This document shows positions 11,312 to 21,210 of a stretch of 64,000 nt of DNA, one piece after another. The position numbers and the translations under genes were made by a program. Under the pieces are notes generated by a model that was not told the DNA's origin, searched no databases, and saw nothing but the letters and a program-made list of their open reading frames with translations. The stretch is from Dehalococcoidia bacterium (GTDB lineage Bacteria; Chloroflexota; Dehalococcoidia; Lucifugimonadales; UBA3495): contig JASLXV010000054.1 in NCBI GenBank assembly GCA_030740155.1, forward strand, positions 55,645 to 119,644, written 5' to 3'. Every line of letters starts with the position of its first letter. The stretch's first letter is position 1.

Positions 11312-11622
11312 TCCTGCTGCCTCCGTGCCCTGCCTTGACCTCTGGAAAAATTGTATGCCCCACCAAGAATCAATGTCAACCCAACTTCACCCCGGGCCTG
11401 GCTTGCACCCCCTTGGAATAGAGGCAGGGCAGCCCCTCACCGGTCCTCACTCTATCGGGCCTCCCGCCGGTCTCCCAGGTGCGGCTCCAGCGGACCGCGT
11501 CCGGGGGCTCCTCCTGCCCTCAAGCTGCATCTAACTTAGCTACAGTTGAGTGTATAATACCGATTGGAAGCCCCCCAAGGGGTGTTTCTCCCGTCATCAA
11601 GCAAACCCGCCGGAGGCGCTGT

Positions 11623-14079
11623 ATGCCCAAGAATAATGAACACCGGGTGCCATGGCAACAGACTTGCTGGAGCTGCAACAGCGAGGCCTTCGGCTTCCAG
11701 TGTACCGACGAGCTTACGCCTTTGGACCGCTTGATCGGCCAGGACCGGGCGGAGGAGGCCCTCCGCTTCGGACTGGAGGTCGACAAGCCCGGCTATAACC
11801 TGTTCGTTACCGGGTTGACCGGTACCGGCAAGACCAGTGCGATAAAATCCCACCTCCAAATGATCGTCGGTGAACTGGCCCGCCAGGACCGGCGGAAACA
11901 CATCAGCGACTGGTGCTACGTTTACAATTTCGACGACGCCGACCGGCCCCAGGTCCTCCGCCTCCCCCCTGGCACCGGCAAGACCCTGCGCAACCGGCTG
12001 AGTGAAACCCTGCGGGTGCTTGGCGTGGAGGTCCCCAAGGTCTTCAAGAGCGAGGACTACGAGACTCAGCGCCGCAGCCTGGAGGAGGCCGACCGGCAGG
12101 CCAGCCGGACCTTGATGGCTCAACTGGAGAAGGCAGCCGAGGAGGCCAGTTTTGGCGTGCAGGTCGCTCCCTCGGGCGTGACCATATTCCCCTTGTTGAA
12201 TAAGCGGCCCATGGACCCCGAGGAGTACCAGGCGCTGGACCCCGAGCAAAAGAAAGCCATCGACAGCAAAAGGGGCCAGCTGATGCAGCGAACCCAGGAC
12301 GTGGTGGCCAGTATCCGGGAGATCGAAAAAGGCGCCTCGGAAAAGTTACAGAACCTGGAACGGGCGTCGGCCCGCGAACGGGTCGACGACATTTTCCAGG
12401 ACCTCATCGACTCCTATCCGGACATTGGCGACCTGAAGCGATTCCTCGAGCGGCTGATGAGCTACGTGTTGGACAATCTGGACCTGTTCAAGGAGTCTGA
12501 AACGCCGCCGCCGCCGCTAACCCCCGGAACCGCGCCATCCATGGGGAGCGATATCCTGACCATGAGCCCTTTCCTTCCCTTCGAGGTCAATGTCCTGGTG
12601 GACAACAGCGACGTGGACCGCGTGCCGATCATCATCGAGCCCAATCCCAACTGGGGAAACCTTTTCGGGCGCATCGAGCGGCGGGCCATCATGGGCGCTT
12701 ACGTCAGCGATCACGCCATGCTGAAGCCGGGGGCTTTCCACCTGGCCAACGGCGGCTACCTGGTGATCAACGCCCGGGATGTGTTGTCCTCCCCCCATGT
12801 TTGGGAAGGCCTGAAGCGGTCGATCCGTAACCGGGAGGTCCGCCTCGAAGACCCGACGGAGCAAGCCGGATTCTTTATCCCCCAGGGGCTGCGTCCCGAG
12901 CCGATCCCGCTTCACGTAAAGGTCATCGTCACCGGGGACGAGGCCATCTACCGGCTGCTGAACTCGGTGGACCAGGAAGACTTCTGGGACCTCTTCAAGG
13001 TCAAAGCCGAGTTCGATTTCCGTGTCGAACTCACCGACGACAACCTGCGGGCCTACTGTGCTTTCATCTGCCGCATCTGTGCCGACGAGGAGCTTCTGTC
13101 CTTCGAGTCGGGCGCCGCCGCCGAGGTGGTGGAGTACGCCGCCCGGCTGGTGGCCGACCAGAATAAACTCTCCACCCGGTTCGGACAGATCAAGGATCTG
13201 CTCATCGAGGCCGACTATTGGGCCCGCAAGGAATCCTCCCCGCGGGTTCAGGACCTGCACGTGCGTCAGGCAGTGGCCCACAAGCTCTATCGCCTGAACC
13301 TGGTGGAAGAACGCATGAGGGAAATGGTGGCCGATGGGTCGTTGCTGATCGAGGTGAGCGGCTCGGTGGTGGGCCAGGTCAACGGGCTGGCCGTTTACGA
13401 CCTGGGAGACTTCAGCTTCGGCCGCCCCGCCCGGATCACGACCCAAACCTTTGCCGGCCGGGAAGGGATCATCAACATCGAGCGGGAAGCCTCCCTCAGC
13501 GGCGCCACCCACGACAAGGGGGTTTTGATTCTCAGCGGCTACCTGGGAGCCAAGTACGGCCAAAGACGGCCCTTGACCCTCTCCGCCAGCCTGTGCTTCG
13601 AACAGTCCTACAGCGGCGTCGACGGGGACAGCGCCTCCTCCGCCGAGGTGTATGCCATTGTCTCAAGCCTTTCTGCGTTACCCCTGCGGCAGGACATTGC
13701 AGTCACCGGTTCGGTCAACCAGAAGGGGGAAATCCAGCCCATCGGTGGCGTCAACCAGAAGATAGAGGGGATGTTCGACCTGTGCCGCATCTCCGGCCTG
13801 ACCGGAACCCAGGGGGTCCTGATCCCTCATCAGAACCGCCGGAACCTGATGCTTCGCGCCGACGTGGTGCAAGCAATCAGAGAAAACCAGTTCCACATCT
13901 ACGCCATCAAGAACATTGACGAAGGGCTGGAAATCCTGACGGGCTATCCGGCCGGCGAGCGCCAAGCCAACGGCAGATACCCGAAAGCCACCGTCGGCCA
14001 CCTGGTGGAAAAGCGCCTGGAGGAGCTGAACCAGTCCATGCGCGGGTATTATGACGAGTTGCTGACCACCGCGAAATAG
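11623..14079 (+). CDS. Lon-like ATP-dependent protease (LonC/YcbZ-type AAA+ fused to S16 domain)
   Basis: IGQDRA, GLTGTGKT, ANGGYL, DGDSAS catalytic Ser and GGVNQK Lys; ATG at 11623 preferred over 11479. Confidence 0.9.
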   Translation: MPKNNEHRVPWQQTCWSCNSEAFGFQCTDELTPLDRLIGQDRAEEALRFGLEVDKPGYNLFVTGLTGTGKTSAIKSHLQMIVGELARQDRRKHISDWCYVYNFDDADRPQVLRLPPGTGKTLRNRLSETLRVLGVEVPKVFKSEDYETQRRSLEEADRQASRTLMAQLEKAAEEASFGVQVAPSGVTIFPLLNKRPMDPEEYQALDPEQKKAIDSKRGQLMQRTQDVVASIREIEKGASEKLQNLERASARERVDDIFQDLIDSYPDIGDLKRFLERLMSYVLDNLDLFKESETPPPPLTPGTAPSMGSDILTMSPFLPFEVNVLVDNSDVDRVPIIIEPNPNWGNLFGRIERRAIMGAYVSDHAMLKPGAFHLANGGYLVINARDVLSSPHVWEGLKRSIRNREVRLEDPTEQAGFFIPQGLRPEPIPLHVKVIVTGDEAIYRLLNSVDQEDFWDLFKVKAEFDFRVELTDDNLRAYCAFICRICADEELLSFESGAAAEVVEYAARLVADQNKLSTRFGQIKDLLIEADYWARKESSPRVQDLHVRQAVAHKLYRLNLVEERMREMVADGSLLIEVSGSVVGQVNGLAVYDLGDFSFGRPARITTQTFAGREGIINIEREASLSGATHDKGVLILSGYLGAKYGQRRPLTLSASLCFEQSYSGVDGDSASSAEVYAIVSSLSALPLRQDIAVTGSVNQKGEIQPIGGVNQKIEGMFDLCRISGLTGTQGVLIPHQNRRNLMLRADVVQAIRENQFHIYAIKNIDEGLEILTGYPAGERQANGRYPKATVGHLVEKRLEELNQSMRGYYDELLTTAK

Positions 14080-14254
14080 GTGCTTCGTCCCCAGGGTTCT
14101 TGGCCGTCTTCAGCCACCCCCGGAAGCGACGCCTCGAACCGTCCGCGCTCTCACGAAAGGCAGACCCCTTCCCTGGCTAGAGGCTTGCCTCGCAACCGTC
14201 GTTCCGAGTGTCGTGCCCCGGTGGGCCGCCACCGGCGGATGATAATCCACTTTA

Positions 14255-14349
14255 AGAGCAGGAGCGAGGCAACGAGGAATCTGGTGCGCGGTTCCTCGTT
14301 AGCAAAGCGGACCGGCCACCCCAGACTCCTCGCTTCACTCGAAGTAACA
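14255..14349. repeat. Degenerate palindromic repeat doublet (GTCA..GAGCGAAGCGAGGAATC type)
   Basis: GAGCGAGGCAACGAGGAATCTG ... CAGACTCCTCGCTTCACTCGAAGTAACA; related to 18924-18977 and 39590-39680. Confidence 0.55.
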
Positions 14350-14644
14350 TGCTCCGGGGTGCTCTTGAGGCAAGTGGTTGGATGGGGGTTAGAGGTACGA
14401 GTGGCTGCGATAACCGGCTAAGGAACGAGGCGCTTGGCTCCGGGTCCTTTCCGGGCAGGGCCGGCAATAATGAGCGCACCCCAGGATTCAACCGACATCG
14501 GGGAACGGTTGAGGACTGGGGTGCTTTACTGCCGGCGCGTCCGCGGCTGGGACCACCCCGAGGCGTTCCCGCCTGGGGCGTCGCCACCCGGCCGGAGACA
14601 GTTGCCTTTGCTAGCGGTGTACCCCGGGGGGATACCGGTTTGGG

Positions 14645-15160
14645 CTATTCGTCGGCGTAGCGCCCGTTGTTGAGACCCGCCGCCGCCTGGTCTGCCAGGA
14701 CTTCAATCCCTTTGCGGACCGATCCGGTCAGGTTGGCCAGTTCCCTTTCCAAGCCACGCAGGCTGCGCAGGGCGTAGGCATCGGCCTCGGTTTGCCTGGA
14801 TCTGGCCTGGGCCTCCGTCTGATCCAGCATACGGCCGCACCGCTGTTCGGCGTCCTTCAGGGTTTCCTCGGCCCGGCTCTCCGCCAGCGCCACCAGTTCA
14901 CTCGTCTCCAGCCGCTGCCTGAACTCGTCCTCGGCCTGGGACTTGGTGCGCCGGGCGTCTACTTGCGCCGAATTGATGATGTGGTCCTTCTGGGACAACA
15001 CCTCTTCGGCAGCCCGGACTTCCTGAGGAATGGCCAGGCGCAACTGATCCACCAGTTCAGTGACCTTCTTTCTATCTATGAGAATATTCCCACTCACCGG
15101 CACTGTCTTGCTGGTTTCGATCAGGGTTTCCATTCGGTCGATAATATTTATGATATCTAT
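14645..15160 (-). CDS. Conserved coiled-coil protein downstream of coaD (DivIVA/ATPase subunit H-like); possible ATA start
   Basis: IIDRMETLIE...VDQLRLAIPQEVRAAEEV pattern typical of the rsmD-coaD-X cluster; RBS AAGGGGG precedes ATA at 15160. Confidence 0.7.
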   Translation of the reverse strand: MDIINIIDRMETLIETSKTVPVSGNILIDRKKVTELVDQLRLAIPQEVRAAEEVLSQKDHIINSAQVDARRTKSQAEDEFRQRLETSELVALAESRAEETLKDAEQRCGRMLDQTEAQARSRQTEADAYALRSLRGLERELANLTGSVRKGIEVLADQAAAGLNNGRYADE

Positions 15161-15188
15161 GATGTCCCCCTTCTTCCGGCCACTGCCC

Positions 15189-15677
15189 TCACAAGACCGG
15201 CAACCCGAATTTTGTGTAAACCGCCTCGGCCACATGGGGAGGTACCATACTGTTGACATCCCCGCCGAGTTGGGCCACCTCCTTTAGGAGGCTGGAACTG
15301 ACGAACATATGCTCTTGGGAAGTCATGAAGAATACCATGTCGAGGTTTGGCTCCAATCGACGGTTCATGAAAGCCATATCGAACTCGTACTCAAAATCCG
15401 AGCCGCTTCTCAAACCTCGGACGATGGCCTCCGCGCCGGTCTGTTTGGCGAAACGGACCACGAGTCCCTCGAACTTGGTCACCTCTACGTTGGGCAGGTG
15501 CTCGACGGCTTTTTCAAATAGCCGAACCCGTTCGTCGGAGTTGAATAATAGCTTCTTGGATGGCACCGCATAAACCGCCACGACCACCTTACCGAATAGG
15601 GCCGAGGCGCGCTGGACGACATCCACATGTCCCAGACTTACCGGGTCGAAGCTGCCGGGGTAAATAGCAGTTGTCAC
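15189..15677 (-). CDS. coaD: Phosphopantetheine adenylyltransferase
   Basis: YPGSFDPVSLGH, RGLR, SSSLLKE. Confidence 0.97.
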   Translation of the reverse strand: MTTAIYPGSFDPVSLGHVDVVQRASALFGKVVVAVYAVPSKKLLFNSDERVRLFEKAVEHLPNVEVTKFEGLVVRFAKQTGAEAIVRGLRSGSDFEYEFDMAFMNRRLEPNLDMVFFMTSQEHMFVSSSLLKEVAQLGGDVNSMVPPHVAEAVYTKFGLPVL

Positions 15678-16231
15678 AGGTCGTTTTCTCTCACGTAGAA
15701 GTCCACCACATTGTCTCCATAGCGCCGGTGGGAAACTAGGCTCAAGAAGCCGTACTGAGGCGAAAGTGACAGGTGTTTGGAGTGCCCCGCCACCACATGG
15801 CCGCCGCCGACGATCAGCCGGGGCGTGGCTCCGATCCTTTCCAGCACTTCATCTAAATCTAGCATCCGATAGGGCGGATCCAGTAATACCAACTCATACG
15901 GGCCGGGCAGGGTGGCCAGGCTCCGGTCCACATCAGTGCAGTAAACCCTCGCGCTGGCGGTGAAGCCGGTGGTCTCCAGATTGGACTGGATCACCTGACA
16001 CTGACGGCGGTCTCGCTCCACGAAGTCAGCCCAACCGGCCCCGCGGCTCAAAGCCTCTATTCCCAGGCTGCCGGTACCCGCGAAAAGGTCCAGTACCCTC
16101 TCTGGTTGATCCAACTCACCCTGGAGTATGTTGAAGATGGCCGCCCGCACTCGCTCCGTGGTAGGACGCGCACCGGGGGCGACGGCCCCCTTCAGCCTCT
16201 GTCCCTTAGCTTTACCACCAACCACTCGCAT
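15674..16231 (-). CDS. rsmD: 16S rRNA m2G966 methyltransferase
   Basis: RPTTERVR, LDLFAGTG, DPPY, YGD. Confidence 0.94.
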   Translation of the reverse strand: MRVVGGKAKGQRLKGAVAPGARPTTERVRAAIFNILQGELDQPERVLDLFAGTGSLGIEALSRGAGWADFVERDRRQCQVIQSNLETTGFTASARVYCTDVDRSLATLPGPYELVLLDPPYRMLDLDEVLERIGATPRLIVGGGHVVAGHSKHLSLSPQYGFLSLVSHRRYGDNVVDFYVRENDL

Positions 16232-16636
16232 TGGTCCTGCAAAGCTGGATTATACATAATGTCAAGTTCTTTTCCTAGCAAACGCCGGGCCGGTTTCGAG
16301 CATTTTGTGGCCTGCGTCCGCTCGGTTTGCCGGGTATGGACCCCCGCCACGGGCTCCTTAGACCGGAAGGCCGGCGGGCGCGTTACGAGCCGCCCGCCCA
16401 AGTTGACGCTCCTAGCCGCCTATGCTAACATCCAGCCCACCTGTGAACCTATTGCTTCACCTTACTTCACCGCGCCCCCGCGGCGTTTGAAACGGTTTCA
16501 TATTCTGCCTGTGCCGGGCCGAATACAGGGTAAGAGGATTGGTCGCCTGGTCGCCTTCGAGCCCAATGGATTCACAGACTCGCTGGGGGAGCTATAATAG
16601 ACTGGTGACAACGGCACTCAAGGGAACAGAACCGGA

Positions 16637-17575
16637 ATGAACCTTCGCCACCAGTTGGCTAGCGCCGCCCCGGATCAGGATACCGTGCTCACCTTGGGTG
16701 TGTTCGATGGGGTCCATCTGGGTCACCAGCACCTAATTCGGCGGCTCATCCAGATGGCTGGGCCGGCCTGTGTGCCGGCCGTCCTCACCTTCAGCAACCA
16801 CCCCGCCACCGTACTGCGCCCCGGCACCCACATCGGTTACCTCAATACTGCCGCGGAAAAGGTCCGCCTGATCCAAGAGCAAGGCGTTGAGCTGGTGGTT
16901 AGCCTGGATTTCACCCCGGAGGTGGCGCGAGTCAGCGCCAAGGATTTCTCCGCCATGCTCGTCGAGATCTTTCGAACCAAAGGGCTGGTGCTGGGCCCCG
17001 ACGCGGCGCTGGGCCACAATCGAGAGGGCACCGTGGACTACCTGAGGCGCCGCGGCGACGAGCTGGGGTTTTGGGTCGAGACGGTACATCCCCTGGTCCT
17101 GGACGGCGCCGAAGTGAAGAGCAGCCGCATCCGCACGGCCGTCTTGCAGGGGGATATGGCCGCCTGCGCCCGGCTGCTGAGCCGCAAGTTTTCCATCAAC
17201 GGCCAAGTGGTGGAAGGCGACCGTCGCGGCAAGCAATTGGGCTTCCCCACCGCCAACTTGGAAGTAGAGCCAGGCATGATGGTGCCCGGGGACGGCATCT
17301 ACGCCACCTGGGCCGACATCGACGGAGTTCGGCACCCATCGGCCACCAGCATCGGGGTACGCCCCACCTTTGGGCTGACCCAGCGGTTGGTGGAGGTATA
17401 CGTGATCGATTTCGATGGCGATCTCTATGGAAAGGACCTGTGCGTCGAGTTCGTGGGCAAGCTGCGGAACCAGCAGACCTTCCCCGGCGTTGAAGCGCTG
17501 ATCGATCAGATCAACCGCGATGTGGCCGGCTCCCGGCTGGTCCTGGCGGAAGACCGGAGGACCCACGTTGCTTGA
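16637..17575 (+). CDS. ribF: Bifunctional riboflavin kinase/FAD synthetase
   Basis: GVFDGVHLGH, SSRIR, GFPTAN, GVRPTF. Confidence 0.96.
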   Translation: MNLRHQLASAAPDQDTVLTLGVFDGVHLGHQHLIRRLIQMAGPACVPAVLTFSNHPATVLRPGTHIGYLNTAAEKVRLIQEQGVELVVSLDFTPEVARVSAKDFSAMLVEIFRTKGLVLGPDAALGHNREGTVDYLRRRGDELGFWVETVHPLVLDGAEVKSSRIRTAVLQGDMAACARLLSRKFSINGQVVEGDRRGKQLGFPTANLEVEPGMMVPGDGIYATWADIDGVRHPSATSIGVRPTFGLTQRLVEVYVIDFDGDLYGKDLCVEFVGKLRNQQTFPGVEALIDQINRDVAGSRLVLAEDRRTHVA

Positions 17576-18800
17576 CGCCGAAACCGTCAAGAAGATTACG
17601 GAGCGGGGCGTCAGCGACATAATCTCCCGGGGTGAGTTCGTTAACCTGTTGCAGAGGGGCGCCCCCCTCCGGCTGAAGATGGGGTTCGACCCCAGCCGCC
17701 CCGATATTCACCTGGGCCACGTGGTAGGCCTCCGAAAGCTCCGCCAACTCCAGGAGCTGGGCCACCAGGTCATCTTGATCGTCGGCGACTGGACCGCGCA
17801 GATCGGCGACCCCAGCGGCCAGTCCGCCACCCGCCCCATGCTGACCCACCAGGAAGTGATTGACAACGCCGAATCCTACCTGCGCCAGTTTTTCAAGGTG
17901 GTGGACAAGGACCGGGCGGAGGTTATTTGGCAGAGTGAGTGGTTCGGTAAGTTCACCCTGGCAGATGTAATCGGGCTGACGGGAAAGTTCACCGTGGCCC
18001 AGTTCTTGGAAAGGGATGACTTCGCCAAGCGGTTCAAGGAACACAAGCCCATCGCAATTACCGAACTGCTGTACCCGCTCCTTCAAGCCTACGATTCCGT
18101 GGCCATCCGGTCGGATGTGGAGTTCGGGGGCACCGACCAGATGTTCAACCTGCTGGTTGGGCGGGAACTCCAGCGCATGATGGGCCAGACTCCCCAGCAG
18201 TGCTTCCTGATGCCCCTCCTGGTGGGCACCGACGGCGTGCAGAAGATGAGCAAGAGCCTGGACAACTACGTCGGGGTGGAAGAGCCGCCCATCGAAATGT
18301 ACGGCAAGCTCATGTCCCTGCCCGACGAGCTGATTGCTCCCTACTTCGGCTACCTCACCGACATTCCCGACGCCGAATTGGCGGCCATGTCCCATGACCT
18401 ATCTTCCGAGGCATTCAACCCGATGGGACTCAAGAAGCGCCTCGCCCGGGAAATCGCCGCCCAGTTCCACGGCAAAGAGGCGGCGGACGCGGCCCAAGCC
18501 CACTTCGAGCGAGTGGTCCAGCGCCGGGACCTGCCCGACGAGATACCGGAAAAGGCTTTCACTCAGTTCGGTACCGAAGCCGGGGAGATCAAGGCGCCTC
18601 GGCTGAGCAGGTACCTGGTAGACCTTGGGCTGGCGGAAAGCAGTTCAGAGGCCAAGCGTTTCATAACCCAGGCAGCCGTGGTCCGCCACCGATCGGGCAC
18701 ATCCGTCACCCTCGACTCAGACACTGCCGTAATGGATACGCGCCCGGATGACGTAATCCAAGTCGGCAAACGCCGCTTTGTCCGCCTGGTGGAGCGGTAG
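17568..18800 (+). CDS. tyrS: Tyrosine--tRNA ligase
   Basis: GFDPS..HLGH, YPLLQAYD, GGTDQ, KMSKS, C-terminal S4 domain; TTG start overlapping the ribF end. Confidence 0.96.
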   Translation: MLDAETVKKITERGVSDIISRGEFVNLLQRGAPLRLKMGFDPSRPDIHLGHVVGLRKLRQLQELGHQVILIVGDWTAQIGDPSGQSATRPMLTHQEVIDNAESYLRQFFKVVDKDRAEVIWQSEWFGKFTLADVIGLTGKFTVAQFLERDDFAKRFKEHKPIAITELLYPLLQAYDSVAIRSDVEFGGTDQMFNLLVGRELQRMMGQTPQQCFLMPLLVGTDGVQKMSKSLDNYVGVEEPPIEMYGKLMSLPDELIAPYFGYLTDIPDAELAAMSHDLSSEAFNPMGLKKRLAREIAAQFHGKEAADAAQAHFERVVQRRDLPDEIPEKAFTQFGTEAGEIKAPRLSRYLVDLGLAESSSEAKRFITQAAVVRHRSGTSVTLDSDTAVMDTRPDDVIQVGKRRFVRLVER

Positions 18801-18923
18801 CCGGCCGGCACCCCCCCGGTCCCTTCGTGCGCCAGGATTCGAACCTTGCCCTCACCCACCTTTAGCCATGGTTCTTCGGGTTTCTGCATGGTGGTATCAC
18901 CGAACGCCAACCGGTTGACCAGC

Positions 18924-18977
18924 TGTCATGCTGAGCGAAGCGAAGTATCTCAGACGTGTGGCAAAGAGACTCTTCGC
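18924..18977. repeat. Palindromic repeat doublet (TGTCATGCTGAGCGAAGCGAAG type)
   Basis: TGTCATGCTGAGCGAAGCGAAGTATCTC ... GAGACTCTTCGC. Confidence 0.55.
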
Positions 18978-19031
18978 CGGCGCCCAGAGTGCCAATCCAA
19001 AGGCCCACACCGACCCCCCGGCCGCTTCTCG

Positions 19032-19060
19032 TTGACACTCCACTCAGCGCTGGCTAGACT
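19032..19060 (+). promoter_or_regulatory. Sigma70-type promoter of the mutase gene
   Basis: TTGACA, 17 bp, TAGACT. Confidence 0.6.
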
Positions 19061-19209
19061 GAAATCAAACGTCACGCCCCGGCGGGCCTGGCCCGGTTTC
19101 GAAACGATTCTCCCAGCCAACCAGGGCTGTCCCCAGGGCTATCCAAAGTCCCCGCGCGGAATCTCAGGAATCAGGGCGAAGAGATTTCGACCGGCAAGAA
19201 GGAAGCATC

Positions 19210-20808
19210 GTGACTTCCCAACGGAAGAACACTTATAAAACCCCGTCCCAAATAAAGGTGGAGCCGGTCTACACCCCGGAAGACCTGCGGGACACCGACT
19301 ACGCCGGTGACGTGGGACTGCCCGGCGAGCATCCCTACCTGCGGGGCATCCACCCCACGGGCTACCGGGGACAGCTCTGGACCATGCGAATGTTCGCCGG
19401 TTTCGGCCGCCCCGAAGAAACCAACCAGCGGTTCAAGTTCCTGCTCGGCCACGGCCAAACGGGCCTGAGCGTGGCCTTCGACATGCCCACCCTCTACGGG
19501 TATGACACCGACGACCCGAGGGCGGCCGGAGAGTTCGGCAAATGCGGCGTCGCTATTTCGTCGCTGGCCGACATGGAGACTCTCTTCGACGGGATACCCC
19601 TGGGTCGAGTCACCACCTCAATGACCATCAACGCCCCGGCGGCCATCATCTGGGCCATGTACATCGCCGTGGCCGAGAAGCAGGGCGTCTCTCCGGATCG
19701 CCTCGGCGGCACCATCCAGAACGACATCCTGAAAGAGTACATCGCTCAGAACGAGTACATCTTTCCCCCTAACCCGTCCATGCGCCTGGTCGTGGACACG
19801 GTGGAGTTCGCCACCCGGCAGCTGCCCCGGTGGAACCCCATCAGCATCAGCGGCTACCACATTCGCGAGGCCGGTTCCACGGCGGTACAGGAGCTGGCCT
19901 TTACCCTGGCCGACGGGTTCGAGTACGTCCGGCACTGCCTGGCCCGCGGGCTCGATGTAGACGAATTCGTTCCCCGGCTTAGCTTTTTCTTCAACGTGCA
20001 CAACAACTTTTTTGAGGAAATCGCCAAATTCCGGGCGGCCCGCCGCGTCTGGGCCAAGGAGTTGCAGGGGACTTTCCAGGCCCGGAACCCACGGTCCCAC
20101 CGGCTCCGCTTTCACGCCCAGACCTCCGGAGCCAGCCTGACCGCCCAGCAGCCGGAAAACAACGTCGTGCGGGTATCTTTACAGGCCCTGGCCGCGGTGC
20201 TGGGCGGCTGTCAATCGCTCCACACCAACGGTAAGGACGAAGCCTGGGCCTTGCCTTCGGAAGAGGCGGCGTTGCAGGCCCTTCGCACCCAGCAGATCAT
20301 CGCCCATGAGACCGGAGTTACCGACACCACCGACCCCCTGGGCGGCAGCTACTTCCTGGAGATCTTGACCAATCAGGTGGAAGCCGGCAGCTACGATTAC
20401 TTCAGCCGCATCGAGGCCCTGGGAGGCGTCATACCGGGCCTGGAGGCTGGCTTCTTCCAGAAGGAGATCGCCGACGCCTCCTACGCCTATCAGCAGGAAG
20501 AAGACCGGCGGGAACGGATTACCGTGGGCGTCAACGAGTTTCACTCCGACGCCACGTTGGACATCCCTCTGTTGCGGGTTGACGAGGCGGGCCAAGAGAT
20601 ACAGGTCCAACGCCTCGAGGACGTGCGGCGCCGGCGGGACGACCGGGCCACGGCCGCCAAGCTTCGGGCGCTGGAACAGGCGGCTCGCGGGTCCGACAAT
20701 CTGATGCCGCCACTGTTGGAAGCGGTCAGAGCTTACGCCACCCTGGGCGAAATGATGGACGTGCTCCGTGACGTTTTTGGAGAATACCAGCCGTCCTGGG
20801 GCTTCTAG
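19210..20808 (+). CDS. B12-dependent acyl-CoA mutase, substrate-binding subunit (isobutyryl-CoA mutase-like residues)
   Basis: [36 protein letters not shown]; no DxHxxG B12-binding domain. Confidence 0.9.
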   Translation: MTSQRKNTYKTPSQIKVEPVYTPEDLRDTDYAGDVGLPGEHPYLRGIHPTGYRGQLWTMRMFAGFGRPEETNQRFKFLLGHGQTGLSVAFDMPTLYGYDTDDPRAAGEFGKCGVAISSLADMETLFDGIPLGRVTTSMTINAPAAIIWAMYIAVAEKQGVSPDRLGGTIQNDILKEYIAQNEYIFPPNPSMRLVVDTVEFATRQLPRWNPISISGYHIREAGSTAVQELAFTLADGFEYVRHCLARGLDVDEFVPRLSFFFNVHNNFFEEIAKFRAARRVWAKELQGTFQARNPRSHRLRFHAQTSGASLTAQQPENNVVRVSLQALAAVLGGCQSLHTNGKDEAWALPSEEAALQALRTQQIIAHETGVTDTTDPLGGSYFLEILTNQVEAGSYDYFSRIEALGGVIPGLEAGFFQKEIADASYAYQQEEDRRERITVGVNEFHSDATLDIPLLRVDEAGQEIQVQRLEDVRRRRDDRATAAKLRALEQAARGSDNLMPPLLEAVRAYATLGEMMDVLRDVFGEYQPSWGF

Positions 20809-20970
20809 TCTACTGTCTCATAAATGGTTTGATACCCTGCCCGTCATCCCGGCGAAGGCCGGGTTCCAGCAAAAGCTTCTCTGGATTCCGGCCTTCGCCG
20901 GAAAGACGCCGGTGGTGAGTGTGCCGCATGATTTCGCTGGTGTAAAGCTATTTACGAGACTGTACACTAG
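20805..20970. mobile_element. MITE-like composite element: about 32-bp terminal inverted repeats around a CGTC-type palindromic doublet
   Basis: CTAGTCTACTGTCTCATAAATGG vs reverse complement CTAGTGTACAGTCTCGTAAATAG; CTAG at both ends; inner CGTCATCCCGGCGAAGGCCGG ... CCGGCCTTCGCCGGAAAGACG. Confidence 0.75.
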
Positions 20971-21142
20971 CTCAGGCTCATGCCAACGGAGGCCGCTGAC
21001 CTCTCCCCTCGGGGTTTCTGCCCTGAGGAGGCCCCCCTTTTCGTCCTCCCGGCTATTCCCGGCCTGTCTCGGCCCGTGAGCCAGCGCTCCGATTGTTCTG
21101 ATTGGCTTCCGGCAGCCCGGCCCGCGCGTCCGGCAAATCTTG

Positions 21143-21166
21143 AGGGCCCCGGCGTGCCGGGGCCCT
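21143..21166. terminator. GC-rich hairpin between the convergent mutase and EF-G paralog genes
   Basis: AGGGCCCCGGC/GCCGGGGCCCT inverted repeat. Confidence 0.45.
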
Positions 21167-21210
21167 TAAACGTTATCCTTCGCCACGGAGGCAGCCCCCC
21201 GCGCCGGTGC

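Noticed and set aside
16232..16636. FMN riboswitch or T-box upstream of ribF-tyrS
   Set aside because: No conserved FMN or T-box (GGTGG.ACC) motifs seen; only promoter-like hexamers.
19061..19209. Cobalamin riboswitch before the B12 mutase
   Set aside because: No recognisable B12-box or GGGAA/GCCACTG core by eye; an Rfam scan would be decisive.
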